Below, piece by piece: positions 1-13,315 of a DNA stretch of 64,000 nt (the stretch's first letter is position 1; every line of letters starts with the position of its first letter). Below the pieces are notes generated by a model. The model did no database searches. It worked only from the letters and a program-made list of their open reading frames with translations, and had not been told where the DNA came from. The position numbers were made by a program, and so were the translations under genes. The DNA comes from Auanema rhodensis (lineage: Eukaryota > Animalia > Nematoda). Location of the stretch: positions 8,060,001 through 8,124,000 of the forward strand of contig OZ059899.1 of assembly GCA_964057225.1 (NCBI GenBank). Direction: 5' to 3'.

Positions 1-23
1 AGCTACGTGTATTTTCTATTTAG

Positions 24-1958
24 GTAAAACGATGCTGCGATTTTATACCTATTGTTCACTGGGGATTTGATGAATCTGTTCAAGAAAAACTAAGACAGAG
101 AAAGCATAGACTAGTTAATCAAAATTTATCAAAAAGTCAGTTTTTTTTGTGTAAATAATAACCATTCGTTATTTTACAGAGGAGAAACAGATGATGACTA
201 ATGAGAAGAAGCAACGTTTTGCTAGAACAATTGGTGGTGTTCACACAACAGTTTCTGAAGTTTTAGATTGGATGAGTACTAGTATTGTCCAGAATACAGA
301 TCCTAAAGTAGCATTTGTTCGAATGATGGTTTTAATAATGTATGTCTTAGAAAGCTGAGGTCAAAAAATTAGAGCTCAAACAAACCAAGACGAAGAATAA
401 CTTGAAGACTGAAAAACCGCCCAAAAAAGTTATTACTCCGGTATGCCTAATGCTCCCTTTTTTTTGAATATTTCTATACTTTAGGCAAAAGAACTAGAAT
501 CGGAGGATTCATCTGATGAGGAGGAAGAGCAAAATAAAAATATGCAGAAACCAACTCCATTAAAAAAAATCGAAAAGCCTGTTGCGGCAGTTAAGTAATA
601 TAGTTAATGATCATTTTCTGTAGTAATTAATTCACTTAAGGCCCACTCCTAGAAAGGAGAACACGGAAGAGAATGAAGAAAAGGAAGATGGGAGTGTAGA
701 AATGTTAGATAAATCAATGGAACATGATAGTGACTCTACAGATGAGGAAACTGAGCAGGTTTAAATCGAGTTATTAATTTGATTACTTTGATTTTAATAG
801 AAATCCAAGAAAGGTAATCAAACTAAGCGTAAACCTACAGCCAGCCTAGGTGAAGTCCCTGCTAAGAAATCTAAGATTGACAAGGTTTAAAGTGTATACA
901 GGTTTTCAAAATATGAGAATGTTTAGGAATTAGAGAAGTTCGAAAATGTTGATATTTCAACCTTAGATCCCATTGAAAGCCGTAAAGTAGCTATGCTGAA
1001 ATTACAAAAGAAGATTGAAACTATGAAGAGTAGGTTAAGCGCTAGAAATGAAAATATTTTCATTTTTTCAGTTTCTCGAAAAGGCAGTAAAGGCGCCAGT
1101 GTTACCAATATGGAAGAAGAGAGGAAGATGAAAAGACGAATGAGTAAATTGAAAGGCAAACAAAAAAGAGCAGAAGAGAAAAAGGGTAAAGAAGTAAAGT
1201 AAGCTCAATTTTTACTGTCGTCATCGAACATATTATGTATTGTTGCAGAGCTGAAAGTATACCTGAAGCTAAATCTCCAAAAGAAGAAAATCTTCCTAGA
1301 ACAGAAGAAGGGAATGTAGTATATTCTAAATTTGACTTCATTGTAAAAGATGATAAGAAGAAAAAGAAAAGAGTATTGTTATATTCAATTTTTTCTTTTA
1401 TATACTACTCATTCAGATGAGCACTTCAGAAAAACGTGATAAATTCAGTGGAAAAGATTACAAGTCATTGTTGACTAAAGTGAGAGAGCAAGCTATTGTA
1501 TAATAATATATACTTGAAATGCCTTATAGGTCGAAAAACGTGAAGAGAAGATAGCAAAGTTGCGCGAAACAGAACCTGAAAGGGCAAAAGAAATGGAACA
1601 AGACATTAAATGGAACCGAGCTCTCAAAAAGGCTGAAGGAATCAAAGTGAAGGTATTGTTTTATTGACTATTTAACAATATATATACAAATATATTTGTT
1701 AGGATAATGCTGAATTATTGAAAAAGGGATTGAAAAGGAAGGAGAAACTGAAAGAGAAGAAATTGACTAAATGGAGTAACCGTGAAGAAAGAGTCAATAA
1801 TGAGCAAAATACTGTAAGCCTTTTTCTGTTATCGATTTGATTATTTATATGACAATTTGTAGAAACAAGAAAAGCGCAATACAAACCTTCAAAAGAGAAT
1901 TGATGATAAAAAGAAGAGGAAGTTACAGTCATTAAGAAAGAAAGGCAGAATTCTTTAG
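24..1958 (+). CDS. SURF6: Surfeit locus protein 6 (SURF6/RRP14) nucleolar protein, multi-exon, 5' end outside window
   Basis: Exons join in frame across short GT-AG introns. First visible exon after tttag at 24 reads ...FIPIVHWGFDESVQEKLRQRKHRL. Middle is Lys/Glu-rich. C-terminal SURF6-type signature VVYSKFDF...KWNRALKKAEGIKVKDNAELLKKGLKRKEK...LRKKGRIL ends at TAG 1956-1958. Confidence 0.9.
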
Positions 1959-2128
1959 GAAATTTTTTCATTTTTATACTTGTATGTCGTTATTTCATGT
2001 TATGCTTTGTTGTTGACTGTTGTTGAAAATTTTATTAAGCCATTCAGTTTTTACAAATTGTTTGAATACAGTTGTTGATTTTTCTATAAATGCATCATGC
2101 AACACTTATGTGGTACTGATGAAGAGAT

Positions 2129-2353
2129 TTAATAGGCAAGGATGACATAACAAGCGTGAATGATTCCTGGAATGAATCCGAGAATAGTGAGGAGAATGTT
2201 GATGGCGAGATGGTAAGTGCAACCCTTCTCGAGGAAAACTCCTATGGGCTGAAATATATAACATCAATTGTGTCTATAAAGGATTCTGCGAAATCTTACA
2301 GGGAAGATAACTGCGCAGATGAATTTAGGAATGTCAGTACAGGTGAGAGCCAT
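2129..2353 (-). CDS. Pmp3/UPF0057 family small membrane proteolipid, 57 aa, 2 exons (2353-2300, 2248-2129); missed by the ORF track
   Basis: Translates to MALTCTDIPKFICAVIFP|PIGVFLEKGCTYHLAINILLTILGFIPGIIHACYVILAY*. The 51-nt intron is GTAAGA...TTTCAG. PP.GV and LLT.LG..PG..HA are the Pmp3 family signature. Confidence 0.95.
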
Positions 2354-2365
2354 CGTGAAGTCTTC

Positions 2366-2371
2366 CTGAAA
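2366..2371 (-). promoter_or_regulatory. Probable SL trans-splice acceptor (TTTCAG) of the Pmp3 gene
   Basis: TTTCAG lies 12 nt upstream of the ATG after an AT-rich stretch; no upstream coding exon is needed. Confidence 0.55.
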
Positions 2372-5300
2372 TTTATTGTTAACTAATAATTTGTAAATGA
2401 GAAAAAATGTATATAATAAGTGACTCAGAACTCAAAAAGTTGAAATTTAACGAAATAATAGCTCGTAGAAAATAATAGGAAGTATAAACTTCAAAACAAC
2501 CAGAACAGTTGATAGGAAAAATTTGTTTGTCTGCAACGAAATATGCCATCTATTTGATGCCACAATTGAAAACAACAGAAAAAATTCATGCTGGAGATGA
2601 TCGATTATATCGAACTGAGTTAGTTCAATTCAAATCAAATAATAAATTAAAATTTTATCAAAAATGAACAACTTCTGAATGATATAACTACTGCTTTATT
2701 AAAGTATAAGAATGAATTGAAAGGCGACATGTAAAGAGACGGTGAAGAACCGAATGGCCTAACTAGTGAAAATGAATGGTTTTACACAGTATTGGCTGAA
2801 AGGGGCGATGGCAGAAACTAGTTAGAAATAGCTTGTTGTCAAAACGTTTGATAAAAACTAATTAGCAGAATATCACAATGCGACAACCATATTATATTAT
2901 GAAGACAAATGAACACTAAATGCTTTAACAGATTGTGACATCTGAGTTCCATTTTACAGTCAGGAACTAGAAGGAAGAGCAGCCACACGGAGGAAATGTT
3001 TCACAACTTGTGGCAAATAGTGAGCGACAGAGTGAAAGTCAACAATCCAGTGTATTGACAATTTCTGTTGCAGAATACAGAGGCTGTCTTTCGACGAACT
3101 CTCATTCATGCTGTCTTGTTCCTCCCTGTTTCTCTCATTCCTTTCATTTGCATTCTCTTTCGTACACACTATATCTTCTTCTCTTTAGTTCAAATTGAAT
3201 GTTCTTTTATGCTCTTGGTGGTGAGCAAGAATTAATCAAGAAGAGCATTGTTGGCAATGAGTCAGTTAAATCCAATCTGCTGCCGTGTTTCGAAATAGTA
3301 TAGGCCTGTTGCTAAGAAACATGTATCAACTTGCATAAACTGTTATAAAACAGTAGCATCCACCAAATAAATACTCTAAATTAGTAAAGTTGAAAGATGT
3401 ATGATCTGAAAAGTCAAAAAAAACATTAAGAAAGAAGATAAGTTTAAATATATTCTGAATAAAGTTGGTCAAGAAAAATAAGAAGAGTATCCTTGTTTTT
3501 CGAATGGCAGAGAAAGCGTATTGGAGGAGCTTAAATACTACTCGATTTCATTACCGGCTGCCTATTCTAACGATTTTCCTTTGTAATGACATAGACTATG
3601 GAGAATCGAAAAGTAGTCAGTATCAAGCCTCAAAACAGGTAGTGGAAAAATGATGAACAAAGAGTAGGCATTTTGATATGGAGATCGGTCATATTTTACA
3701 ATTTTTTGTATTTTATGAAAATCAATAGCAAAAATTACTAACTAATACCTAATCAATATGTTTATTTATTGTACATATATTAAACTTTACCAAAAAGGAA
3801 ATAATGAACAGGCGAGAATGTTATAGCTCTGTAGTTTATAGGAAATCACACATACAAAATGTGTCATATGAGGTCTCAGAATCGTTTTAAAAAATGGAAG
3901 AAAAATGAAATGGCTGGAAGTTGTAAATAATATTTTATAATTTAGCCGACACTAGTATTACATAAGAAACAGCAAATATATTTGTCACTTTTATGCTTCA
4001 TAAATCAATTGAGTATGTAAAATAAGAGAATAAACAATGTTCCTTAACCACATTACATAGACTAAATTAAGTTGAGGTTTGACGTCAAATCACTGTCTGA
4101 TATGAACGAATATTCTCGCTCAATAAGATATTAGATATAATATTATATACACGCTTTATCGCATAGCTTGCAGGAAATCTAAAATTGGCTTAAAGGGCCA
4201 ACAAAATCTCTATATTCTAAAGTTTATGGATACGCTTTTATAAGGAAAGACAAAATTATATCCAATGCAGAAGAGGAATGGCAGCAGAAACAGCTAGATT
4301 ACATGAGAAGAGAGAGAAGGGGAAGGAAGGGGACAATGAACAACAGATGTGAATGGATAAGCAAACCCATATATCTGTCGCTCAAAACAAGTTTATCGGA
4401 ATAAAATGATAAACGATCTCACTTGGTCTTCAAAACGCTAGGTTCACACTGATGTATTTAGTCTGACACGAAAAAGAGAGAGAAATTCGACCCGATGGTT
4501 GAGGTCGTTTTTAATTCTCTCCTGTTGTCATTTCAACTATGAAAAATAGTGGGAAACATGCCACCTTACGATCGATTGGATGATTTGTAAAAACGATAAT
4601 CAATATATGAGGTAAGTAGAGAATAATATTTTGATGGCATATTATATGAAAGTGTTTTATGATTTTAAACGTTTGTGGTGCAGGAAATGAAATCTCATAT
4701 AAATCTGGAATATTCAGTTCTGAACAAGGTAAAGTTTTATCCTGAAATAAGAAACATTTTAAATGTTCGTGTAATTCAAAAGACTTCGAAATTAAAATAT
4801 CGATCATCATCCATGCATATTTAATTTTATTTGAGTGTTTCTTCTTTCCTCTCTTTACATGACCATATGATATGCTCATACTCAGCTCATTGGTCTTTGG
4901 ACTCTGAGACTCTGGGCCAGTTCTGAAGCCGAGCAATGTATCATACAAAATAAAGTTAATTCAAATCCAATTTTACCATTTAAAAGTTTAAAAAATAATA
5001 ATGCTAACATTCAAAAGCAAATAATTGCACAGATCGGGCATGATGTCATAGTTGCATGTTTGATTTCTCCCAGGATAACTTAATGGAACATCGTTATATT
5101 ATTTTAACAAGAAAAAACGCCAGCATAGGTTGCAGGTTTTCGACGTCGTAGTTGTTGTTAAAACCGATGATGAGTCAACAGCAAAAAAAAAGATCTTGAC
5201 AACCGGCAATGACTCATTTTACCAATAAATAGTAAAAACCAGTAATTATTTATATTTCTAAATTCTCAGAAAAATAAAGATAAAAGGGGCAAAAATCTGT

Positions 5301-5382
5301 AAAACTAATAGATATATTTAATTTTCATTAAAAAAAACACCGGCAGACTACAAAAAAAATAATGATAAAACAATTATATTAA

Positions 5383-7461
5383 TTATAATGTTTTCTTCGT
5401 ATCATCACGACTGACAGATTTCTGAGGACGAAAAACCAAAGGTAAAACAAAATGAACAAGTAGAGCAATAATATGCCCCACGAAAAACACACGTCTAGAA
5501 GAAATAGAAGATTATACGCCTGCTTATAGTATGCAACTTACTGATATACAAAGAAAGAAGGACCGAAATTCATGGCAACAAATGGATAAGTTGTATATGC
5601 AAGAACAACCTAAATATTGATACCTGTCTCATTCAAAAATCACAACGTTACCTTAGCACCGAAAAAACAAAACACATCATAAACAGCTTTTTTATTCATA
5701 CTGTCCAAAAACCTCCATCGAATACATCTACGGAACTGAAATATATACATTTCCAAAACGCTTCCATTTATATATAATAGTTACAGTAGATCCAGCTAAG
5801 GTCATTAGGGCTCCGGTGAAGAAAGTCATGTAATATCCAGCTGAAATTCCATGCCAAACAGCTGAGAGAAGATATGTGGCAAATGTACGTACTCTGGAAG
5901 GACATATATGAAAAGTTGAGAAAGGGAAACTAGCTAACTTTATCGGAGTTCTGTCGTATGCGACACGGCGGAACCAACCACCAGTTAAAATGTTCCAGTT
6001 ATCCAAAGTTTCTTTGAAGCTTTGGGCCATCTTCAAATCATCATATCAATATTGTTTTTATAATATTTGCTTTATACCTCTACTTTATATGGTTTAACAT
6101 TAGTGCATAACTCCCATTTAGCATTTTCCTTATCATCATATCCGGAAAATCCAAACCCAGACATGTTGCACACAGCATCAGCTAAAGTTATATTGTAACC
6201 AGAGAAAATTTGAACTTTTACCAAATGTCCATGCAAAATAATAATTGAATCTAATGATAAAGATTACGAAAAACCAGAAGAAGAACCACTCCAAATAGGA
6301 CAATTCGAGAAACCTGAATCGAAAATTTAAGATGCAAAATGCAATTGTTTCACTCACTCATGACTGACAATATGATCAGGTTTGTAACGACTACCGAATG
6401 TAACGATAACAGCCAAGTAAATCAAAGATTCCCCAAATTTCTTCCAAGCAACAGTTTCAGGACAAGGCAACTGGGTAAAAGCTTCATATACTTTTGTAGT
6501 TAACCAAAATATACCTTTCCCTTCCCGTCTGGAACCACATGATGACCATCTAAAAATTTGGAATAGTCGGCATAGAAATTAATAGGTCCTGTTAAAGTTG
6601 TCTGAAACAGAATAAATAGAAAATATTATATAGAAAATTCGGACCTGGAAATTAAAAACAAACGACAAGTAATCCAATAGAGACGGCAATTCACTAAACG
6701 AAATAACTTTATATTTGTACAAAGAAAAAAGCACCAACTGAATTGCCTCTTTTTTTTGGATTTCAGTGAGATCTTCCTCTTTTCTTCCCTTACCATCATG
6801 TAAATTAAAAGCCAATGTTGTAATCTTTAAAATGATTATTCATCCGGGTACGTTAAAACTCTTACTTTTTGAACAGCTACCATCATTGGCCCTGTGATGT
6901 CAATACTAAATGAATCCAGTATAAGCCAACGATAAAAATGGATCCATAGCAGATAGCTCATAGAAAATAAAAATACAATACTGAAACAAATTAATTAAAT
7001 AATTATGTAATATAATTTTAAATTTACATATGGACTTTTGATGATGGCGCTTTTATCATGAGAATGTAACTGATAAAAGCATTAGTTAACAGATGTTTAA
7101 TAGCCCTGCAAAACTCAAATTACAATCTTTCAATAACAACGAAAAACCTTCCAAAACAGAAAAAGCTGATTATTAGGCCGACAGCTAGAGGAAAAGTAGA
7201 TCTAACCTATAGCATATTTCCTTCTAATGTATTAGCTTCTCGAAACTTACATTTCTGGAAACTTTTTTGGCAGGAAAATAATGTCGATAGATATATGCAA
7301 GAGGAAAGAAGGAAAACATACATAACGTGAAATTTACCTAAAAACAAACAAAAATAGATTAAAATATTACGTAAACAAACTTTGTCAACTTCAACTCCAA
7401 TTTTATCAGCCAAAGGCTGCAGAATCGTTGATCCATCGTAGAATGTATGGACTCCAGGCAT
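5383..7461 (-). CDS. MBOAT-family lysophospholipid acyltransferase (MBOAT1/2, oysgedart/mboa-3-like), tandem copy A
   Basis: Starts MPGVHTFYDGSTILQP. Motifs DITGPMMVAVQK, YYFAWTF, WNILTGGWFRRVAYDR and catalytic SAVWHG are present. Ends ...DDTKKTL* (KKxx ER-retrieval signal). Confidence 0.92.
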
Positions 7462-8580
7462 TTCGTTTATATTAACTTACATATGCCTTGAATAAAATAA
7501 GTATCAGAATAAATAGAGTATTAAAAGGCAAAAACATGAAGAGAAACGACAAGTATATCAAATACAAAAAAGGTAATCGATATAAAAAGACGTCTGATAC
7601 GACCATGAAAATACAACGTGTTTAATAGGTTTCTGAAAAGTAGGTTAAAAAACTAACAATGAGGTAACAATCAAATTATTGCTCTGATATAGAAAATAAA
7701 AAAATATTATGTCAGCATAATTGTGATCAAAATGTGAAAATTATCTTTTGGAGGAATTAGGACAATTACCTAACATATTTTGCTAAGCCTTAAAAGGGTT
7801 GCTGAGTCGGAACAAGATTATTTTGTTAGCATTCACTCTAAAAAGTTCTAACTATCAAAAAAAAGAGATAGAAATAGAAAAAGGATAGAAAAAATTGGAA
7901 CAGATACCAAACGATGGCAAGTCTTACGACGATGCCATCTTCGCAAAGCAGGACATTCGTTAAGCAAACATAACTCTGTTCAGCTGAGCAAAGTGCTAGA
8001 GAATGACGCTGAATTTGTTATTTGAACAAAAAATTCAACACATATTTGAAGGGAAAAATGCTACAAGCATGCGCAAGGTGAGGGTGACATTCATAATATG
8101 CACATGTAGACTGTTTTTCACAAGCTAAATTAATCAATAAACTTGTCATCATTGGTATTAGGAAATAATAAAATGTGAATATAAAGTGCAAATTAGCAAA
8201 ATTTGTGCTACGTTTTATCTATTTCGTGCTAGAATAACAGATTTGTAAACCTTTTTCAGAAGGGAAAAAACGTAATATCAACAACAATTATTATTATTAT
8301 TTAAATATCTAGATCATCGCAAGGGACAGAATAAATTACATTTTTTCCAGTTTTGTTTTGATTTTGAAAGAACGGTATTGTCATAAAAGGTCAAGCTTTG
8401 GAATTTGTGGTGTCCTACAGGCTAGCAATAGTGGGTGTCATGCAACTCGTAAAATCAGGCACGTTAGTACAATATAAAATGAAATTAACGACTAAGATAA
8501 AAATCGCGTATTATAACAATAATAATGCTCATGCATTCAAACGCTAAAAGTGCTAGCACAATCAACTATAACAAATCTAT

Positions 8581-10691
8581 CTATTGAGTTTTCTTGTGTT
8601 CTTTTTCTTGACCACTTGAAAGTCCACTAGTGGTATTATCAGATTTTTTCTTTTTTTCTGGTGGGAAAATCATAGGTAGAACAAATTGAATTCCTAAGGC
8701 TATAATGTGAACACTGAAGTAAATGCTCCTGGAAAATGGTGAATTGAAACCAGAAAATACAGGAAATCATACTTGTACATGGAAAATCCAGGATTCAAGT
8801 GCATGGTTGTGAAGGAATAAGTGGCATAGGCCAGAGCCACCTATAATACAATAAAAAAAGATAAGGAACACGAAGATTTTAGCAATTTAATACCTTGGTG
8901 GCCATAAACGTAACAAAGTCATAAATCATCTTCTGAGTCTTGTTGTTAACGAAACGGAATCTCATAGATCTGCGGAACTGAAACAAATAGGAATCCAAAT
9001 TAATTGAAAAAATAATTATCATCATACAGTAGCACCAGCTAAGGTCATAAGAGCACCAGATAAGAAAGTGATATAATATCCGACAGATATTCCATGCCAG
9101 ATGGCAGACAAAACATAGGTAGCAACAGTTCGGATGCTATAATCAAGAAATCATATATGTATATTTCAGGTTTTAAATAAACTTTTTAGGTGTTCTATCA
9201 TAAGCAACCCGACGAAGCCATCCCCCAGTCTGGGTGTTCCATCCATCAAGTGTTTCCTTAAAACTCTGAGCCATCTCAACTTGAAGAGGCTTAACATTTG
9301 TACAGAGATCCCATTTAGCATTTCCTTCCTTATCATAACCAGAGAACCCGAAACCAGCCAAATTGCAAACTCCATCAGCTAAAACAATTCAAAATATAAC
9401 TAGACTCCAAATTGTCGTAGTACCGAAAGTCCAAGCAAAGTAATAGTTCACTCGGAAAAGGAAGATTACGAAGAACCACCACCAAGCCCATTGAAGGAAT
9501 GGAAGTTCGAAATATTCCTTTTCAGCAATTATTTCAGTTGGGTATTTTCCAACATAGAAAACGACAATATATAAATAAACAAAAGACTCAGCAATCTTGC
9601 GTAAAGCAATGCCAACAGGAGATGGTTTCTGAAAATTTTCATTTGAAAGAATTCTCAATTTCAATTTATACTTTTCCATTTTGGTTTGGTGTGATGTTTG
9701 TTCCATCTAAGTATGCAATGTAATCAGCATAGTAGTTCAAAGGTCCAGTAAGAACAGTCTAAAAATCATTAAGTAAGGATGTAAAAAACAGTGTTGCAAG
9801 TTGTTCAGAGACAGAATTGAAGCAACAACATGTCAAGGGCATATACAAGAAGATGTACGTATTTTCAATTTTTTTTCAAGTTTTGGAGAAATTTAAAAAA
9901 AATCAGCATACCTGGAAGTTCAAAACATAAGAAAGGAAATCTAACAATGCTGGCATTTCATGAATAGCTTCTTTAGCTTGGAGTTCAGAAAGAGATTCTT
10001 TTTTACGACCACGACCATCATGAAGAGAAAAGGCAACGGTTGTAATCTACAAGCATTTTTAATGTAAAGATTTTCTATCAGTTGATATCCAACTTTTTGA
10101 ACAGCAACCATGATTGGTCCAGTAATATCAAGATAGTAGGATGTAAGAAGAAGCCAGCGGTAGACATGAATAAAAAGAAGATATCCTACTGAAAACAAAA
10201 AAACAGCTCTGAAATAAAAAAATAATTTTTGAACATAACATAAAGCTCACATGTGAACATATTTTGGTGGAAGAAAACGCATCAAACCATAACTAACCAG
10301 AATGTTGGCTAACAGATGCTTGATAGCCCTAAAACAAAATTTAAAGATTCAGAATAAAATTAAATTACAAACCTTCCGAAACAGAAGTAACAAAAGAATA
10401 GCCCAACAGCTAAAGGAACCACAGAACGTACCTACAATTTGGAATAGAGGGAAATATTATATACCATTCAATATACCTGACGTGATACTTTACTTGGTGA
10501 TAAAAATTTGTAATATACATATGAAAGAGGTAACGATGCAAACATGCACATTACAAAATTAACCTAGAAAAAATTAATATTTGCACTATATTAAAACTAT
10601 ATAAGCTCACTTTATCTACGGAAACTCCAGCCACATCTGATATGGGCTGAAAAAGCGTCGAGCCATCATAGAACGTTTGTTCACTTGGCAT
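8581..10691 (-). CDS. MBOAT-family lysophospholipid acyltransferase, tandem copy B
   Basis: Starts MPSEQTFYDGSTLFSP. Motifs DITGPIMVAVQK, YYFAWTF, WNTQTGGWLRRVAYDR and SAIWHG are present. Ends ...EHKKTQ* (KKxx). TTTTCAG at 10702-10708 lies just upstream of the ATG. Confidence 0.92.
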
Positions 10692-11892
10692 CTTTTACCC
10701 TCTGAAAAATAAATTTATTTGTGTTTTTTGAAATTCTCGAACAAAGATTGAAATGGATGCAGGAAGGAAAAATACACATCTTATGAAATAAATGAAATAT
10801 ATTAATGAATTCTTTGTATTCTTGTCCCTATCACAAAGTCTATGATACTAAGCTACAGCAAAATCAAAATATGTGTAAATTTTCATGATAATGGCAGCGA
10901 TGAATAGCATGCGAATTTAATATAAAGCAACGCATATACGAGAGAAATGCAACTATATTTCAATTATATTAATCAACATAAATTATGAATAGAAAAAACA
11001 AAAATAAATTTGTGATATTGGTATGATGAAAAAAGACTACACGGGAACTTAATGAGCTTTCTTAAAAATTGGAGCATAGCGTTTGGCTTCATCACAGTTG
11101 TTTATATTTTTAGCTTAGCATCCAATGGCAATAATGAAAACAGAGAAAATAAAAGTTTGTAATGGAAAAGTAAATGTTTCATGATTCGAAGAAACAAGTA
11201 ATCAGCAAAGCATTAAATCATTGAGAAACAGCAGGTGCTGCACAAAGGTTAAATGATTGAAATGAGATTTCGGAGGACGAGGTGCGACGTGTCAGTGGTG
11301 CGCTCGATCACACCACCCGTATCGTTTGTACGCGCGATCGAAGGGCAACTGATAAATGTTTTACTGGAAAAACCTCTGCATAAGGAAATAGCTGAAGTGA
11401 TTTTTCTCCCTTTTCTTCCGTAGCTGATTACACGAATGATAGACGGGTATGCTGATATGAAACTACATTCACAAATTATCGGTCCCAAAAGCACGAATAT
11501 GATACTCTGACCGTATGCTATCGTTATTCCAATATCATAAGGCATGCTTGTAACAAAATATGAACTGATAATGTGAAAGAAAGAACGGAGAATACTGCCG
11601 ATATAAGAGGTGGACTTCGCCCCTGAACGTGGTTGTACACGGGAACAAATTGATAGAAATAATAATAACTCTTCATAATCAAATTAAATAACATATTGAC
11701 TTTTAAATGAAAAAATAAACAATGCCCTGATATGAGTACAATGAGAACAATGTGAAAAATAACCAATTCAATTGGTTAATTGACAAGAGGTCCGCTTCTT
11801 GGAGACGTTGACCGGAAATGAGCAATAATCAAAATTATGTACAGTTCTATATACAGATAGATTACACATATTGGTTTTATACACATTACATT

Positions 11893-13315
11893 CTAAGTTG
11901 CTCCGTATTTTGCATATAAAGTGCTGTATACGAATCTTAGAATTTCATTTTCAGCCTTGGCCCGATTTTCAGGTTGTAAACCATCCAGAGCGCGATTTAG
12001 ACTGATACTAAAAACATCAGATGCTTGGGATTGTGCATTTTGAGGAGTAGGCTCCTGAAAGCGAAAGTCTGAGAACTCGTTAACGTTAGAACTGCGAACC
12101 TGTGGATCTGGATCAGGCTTTTCTTCTTTTTTACTTTTTTTGGGTGTAGGTTCAACACTATCTTGCTTAGGAATATTTTTTAGTAAAGTATCTAGAATAG
12201 AGGAGCATAAATTATCCCGATACTCTACATCATCTTTCACAGATTCAATCGATGTACTACAAGCAAATTATATCAATTAAAGAAGGAATTTTAGAAAACT
12301 CACTTTATAATACTAGTTTCATCATTTTCTAGGAGACGAGCAATAGCAGGAATTAAAGATTTTTCAGATTTGTTGGTACAATTTTCTTTTATTTCTTTCG
12401 AATTTTGGAGTTGGGCAGCTAAATAATGATAAGGATTAAAATATCATTCATACTAACATACTTATTCTTTGACGCTCTTTCAACAAGTCCTTGTTTTTCT
12501 GATCTAATGACCGTTCTCGTACTTCACGCAATCTATAAATTCCATATTTAATCATAGAAATTACAGGTCATGACTAACTCTTCCTGGTTCAGATAACAAA
12601 TATGGTCAAGCGATGCGGGATCTTCAAGAAAATATTCACCAGAAATCTAAAAAAATTTCTGTATACAAGTATGCGATGAACATTTAACTAACCAAAATTC
12701 GAACATATTTTTTTCTTGACTTGCATCTTGCGCATGCATAATTATCAGCTTTTTGATGATTTCTTCTATGTAATATGAAACGATAATGTCGGTTTGTTTT
12801 GGGATCACAGTATAGGACAGCTTCTTTATCAGAATGATCTAAATTTAGAGTTTTAGTTGAATAAAACGAGCGTCAATGGGAAATAATATAACTTCGACAG
12901 AGGGCAAACGAACATGAGAATGCAAGAAAATGAGAGAAAATAGAGAGTAAAAAACAAAAATGGATAAATACAGAGTAAAATCAAAAATAATGGTAAAGAA
13001 AGAAAACATACCGTTCATAGGTACGATTTGGCCCTTCCAATCCGTAATCACTTTTTTAGTGTTTCCCACGGAAATAATGTTTTGAATTCCACGCTCTTCT
13101 CCTTTCTCCTCATCTGAAACTGGAAAAAAGTTCTAGCAAATGACGACAATCAGAATAACACAGTAGTAAGAAGTTTTTTTTTCCTTTTCTCTGATATCAT
13201 GATCATAACGACATAGAAATACGGAAAAATGAAGAAGAAAAAGTACAAGACAATTCAAAGAAAACATACCGTCTAGCATTTCGGTCTTAAATGCCGAAAA
13301 TAGAAATGAGGACAT
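11893..13315 (-). CDS. Putative nuclear protein with a nematode CCHC zinc finger (RYYR-CCHC/FLYWCH-like) and a C-terminal BESS-like motif; start uncertain (13315 or 13279)
   Basis: Spliced exons give ...RHYRFILHRRNHQKADNYACARCKSRKKYVRIL|ISGEYFLEDPASLDHIC..., an NLS-like PTPKKSKK, and C-terminal DVFSISLNRALDGLQPENRAKAENEILRFVY. Splice sites checked are canonical GT-AG. Confidence 0.7.

Noticed and set aside
2156-2386. + strand 76-aa ORF
   Set aside because: Antisense shadow of the Pmp3 gene.
2600-5300. Several 60-145-aa ORFs (e.g. 4511-4948)
   Set aside because: No recognisable motifs and no consistent exon chain; compatible with random ORFs.
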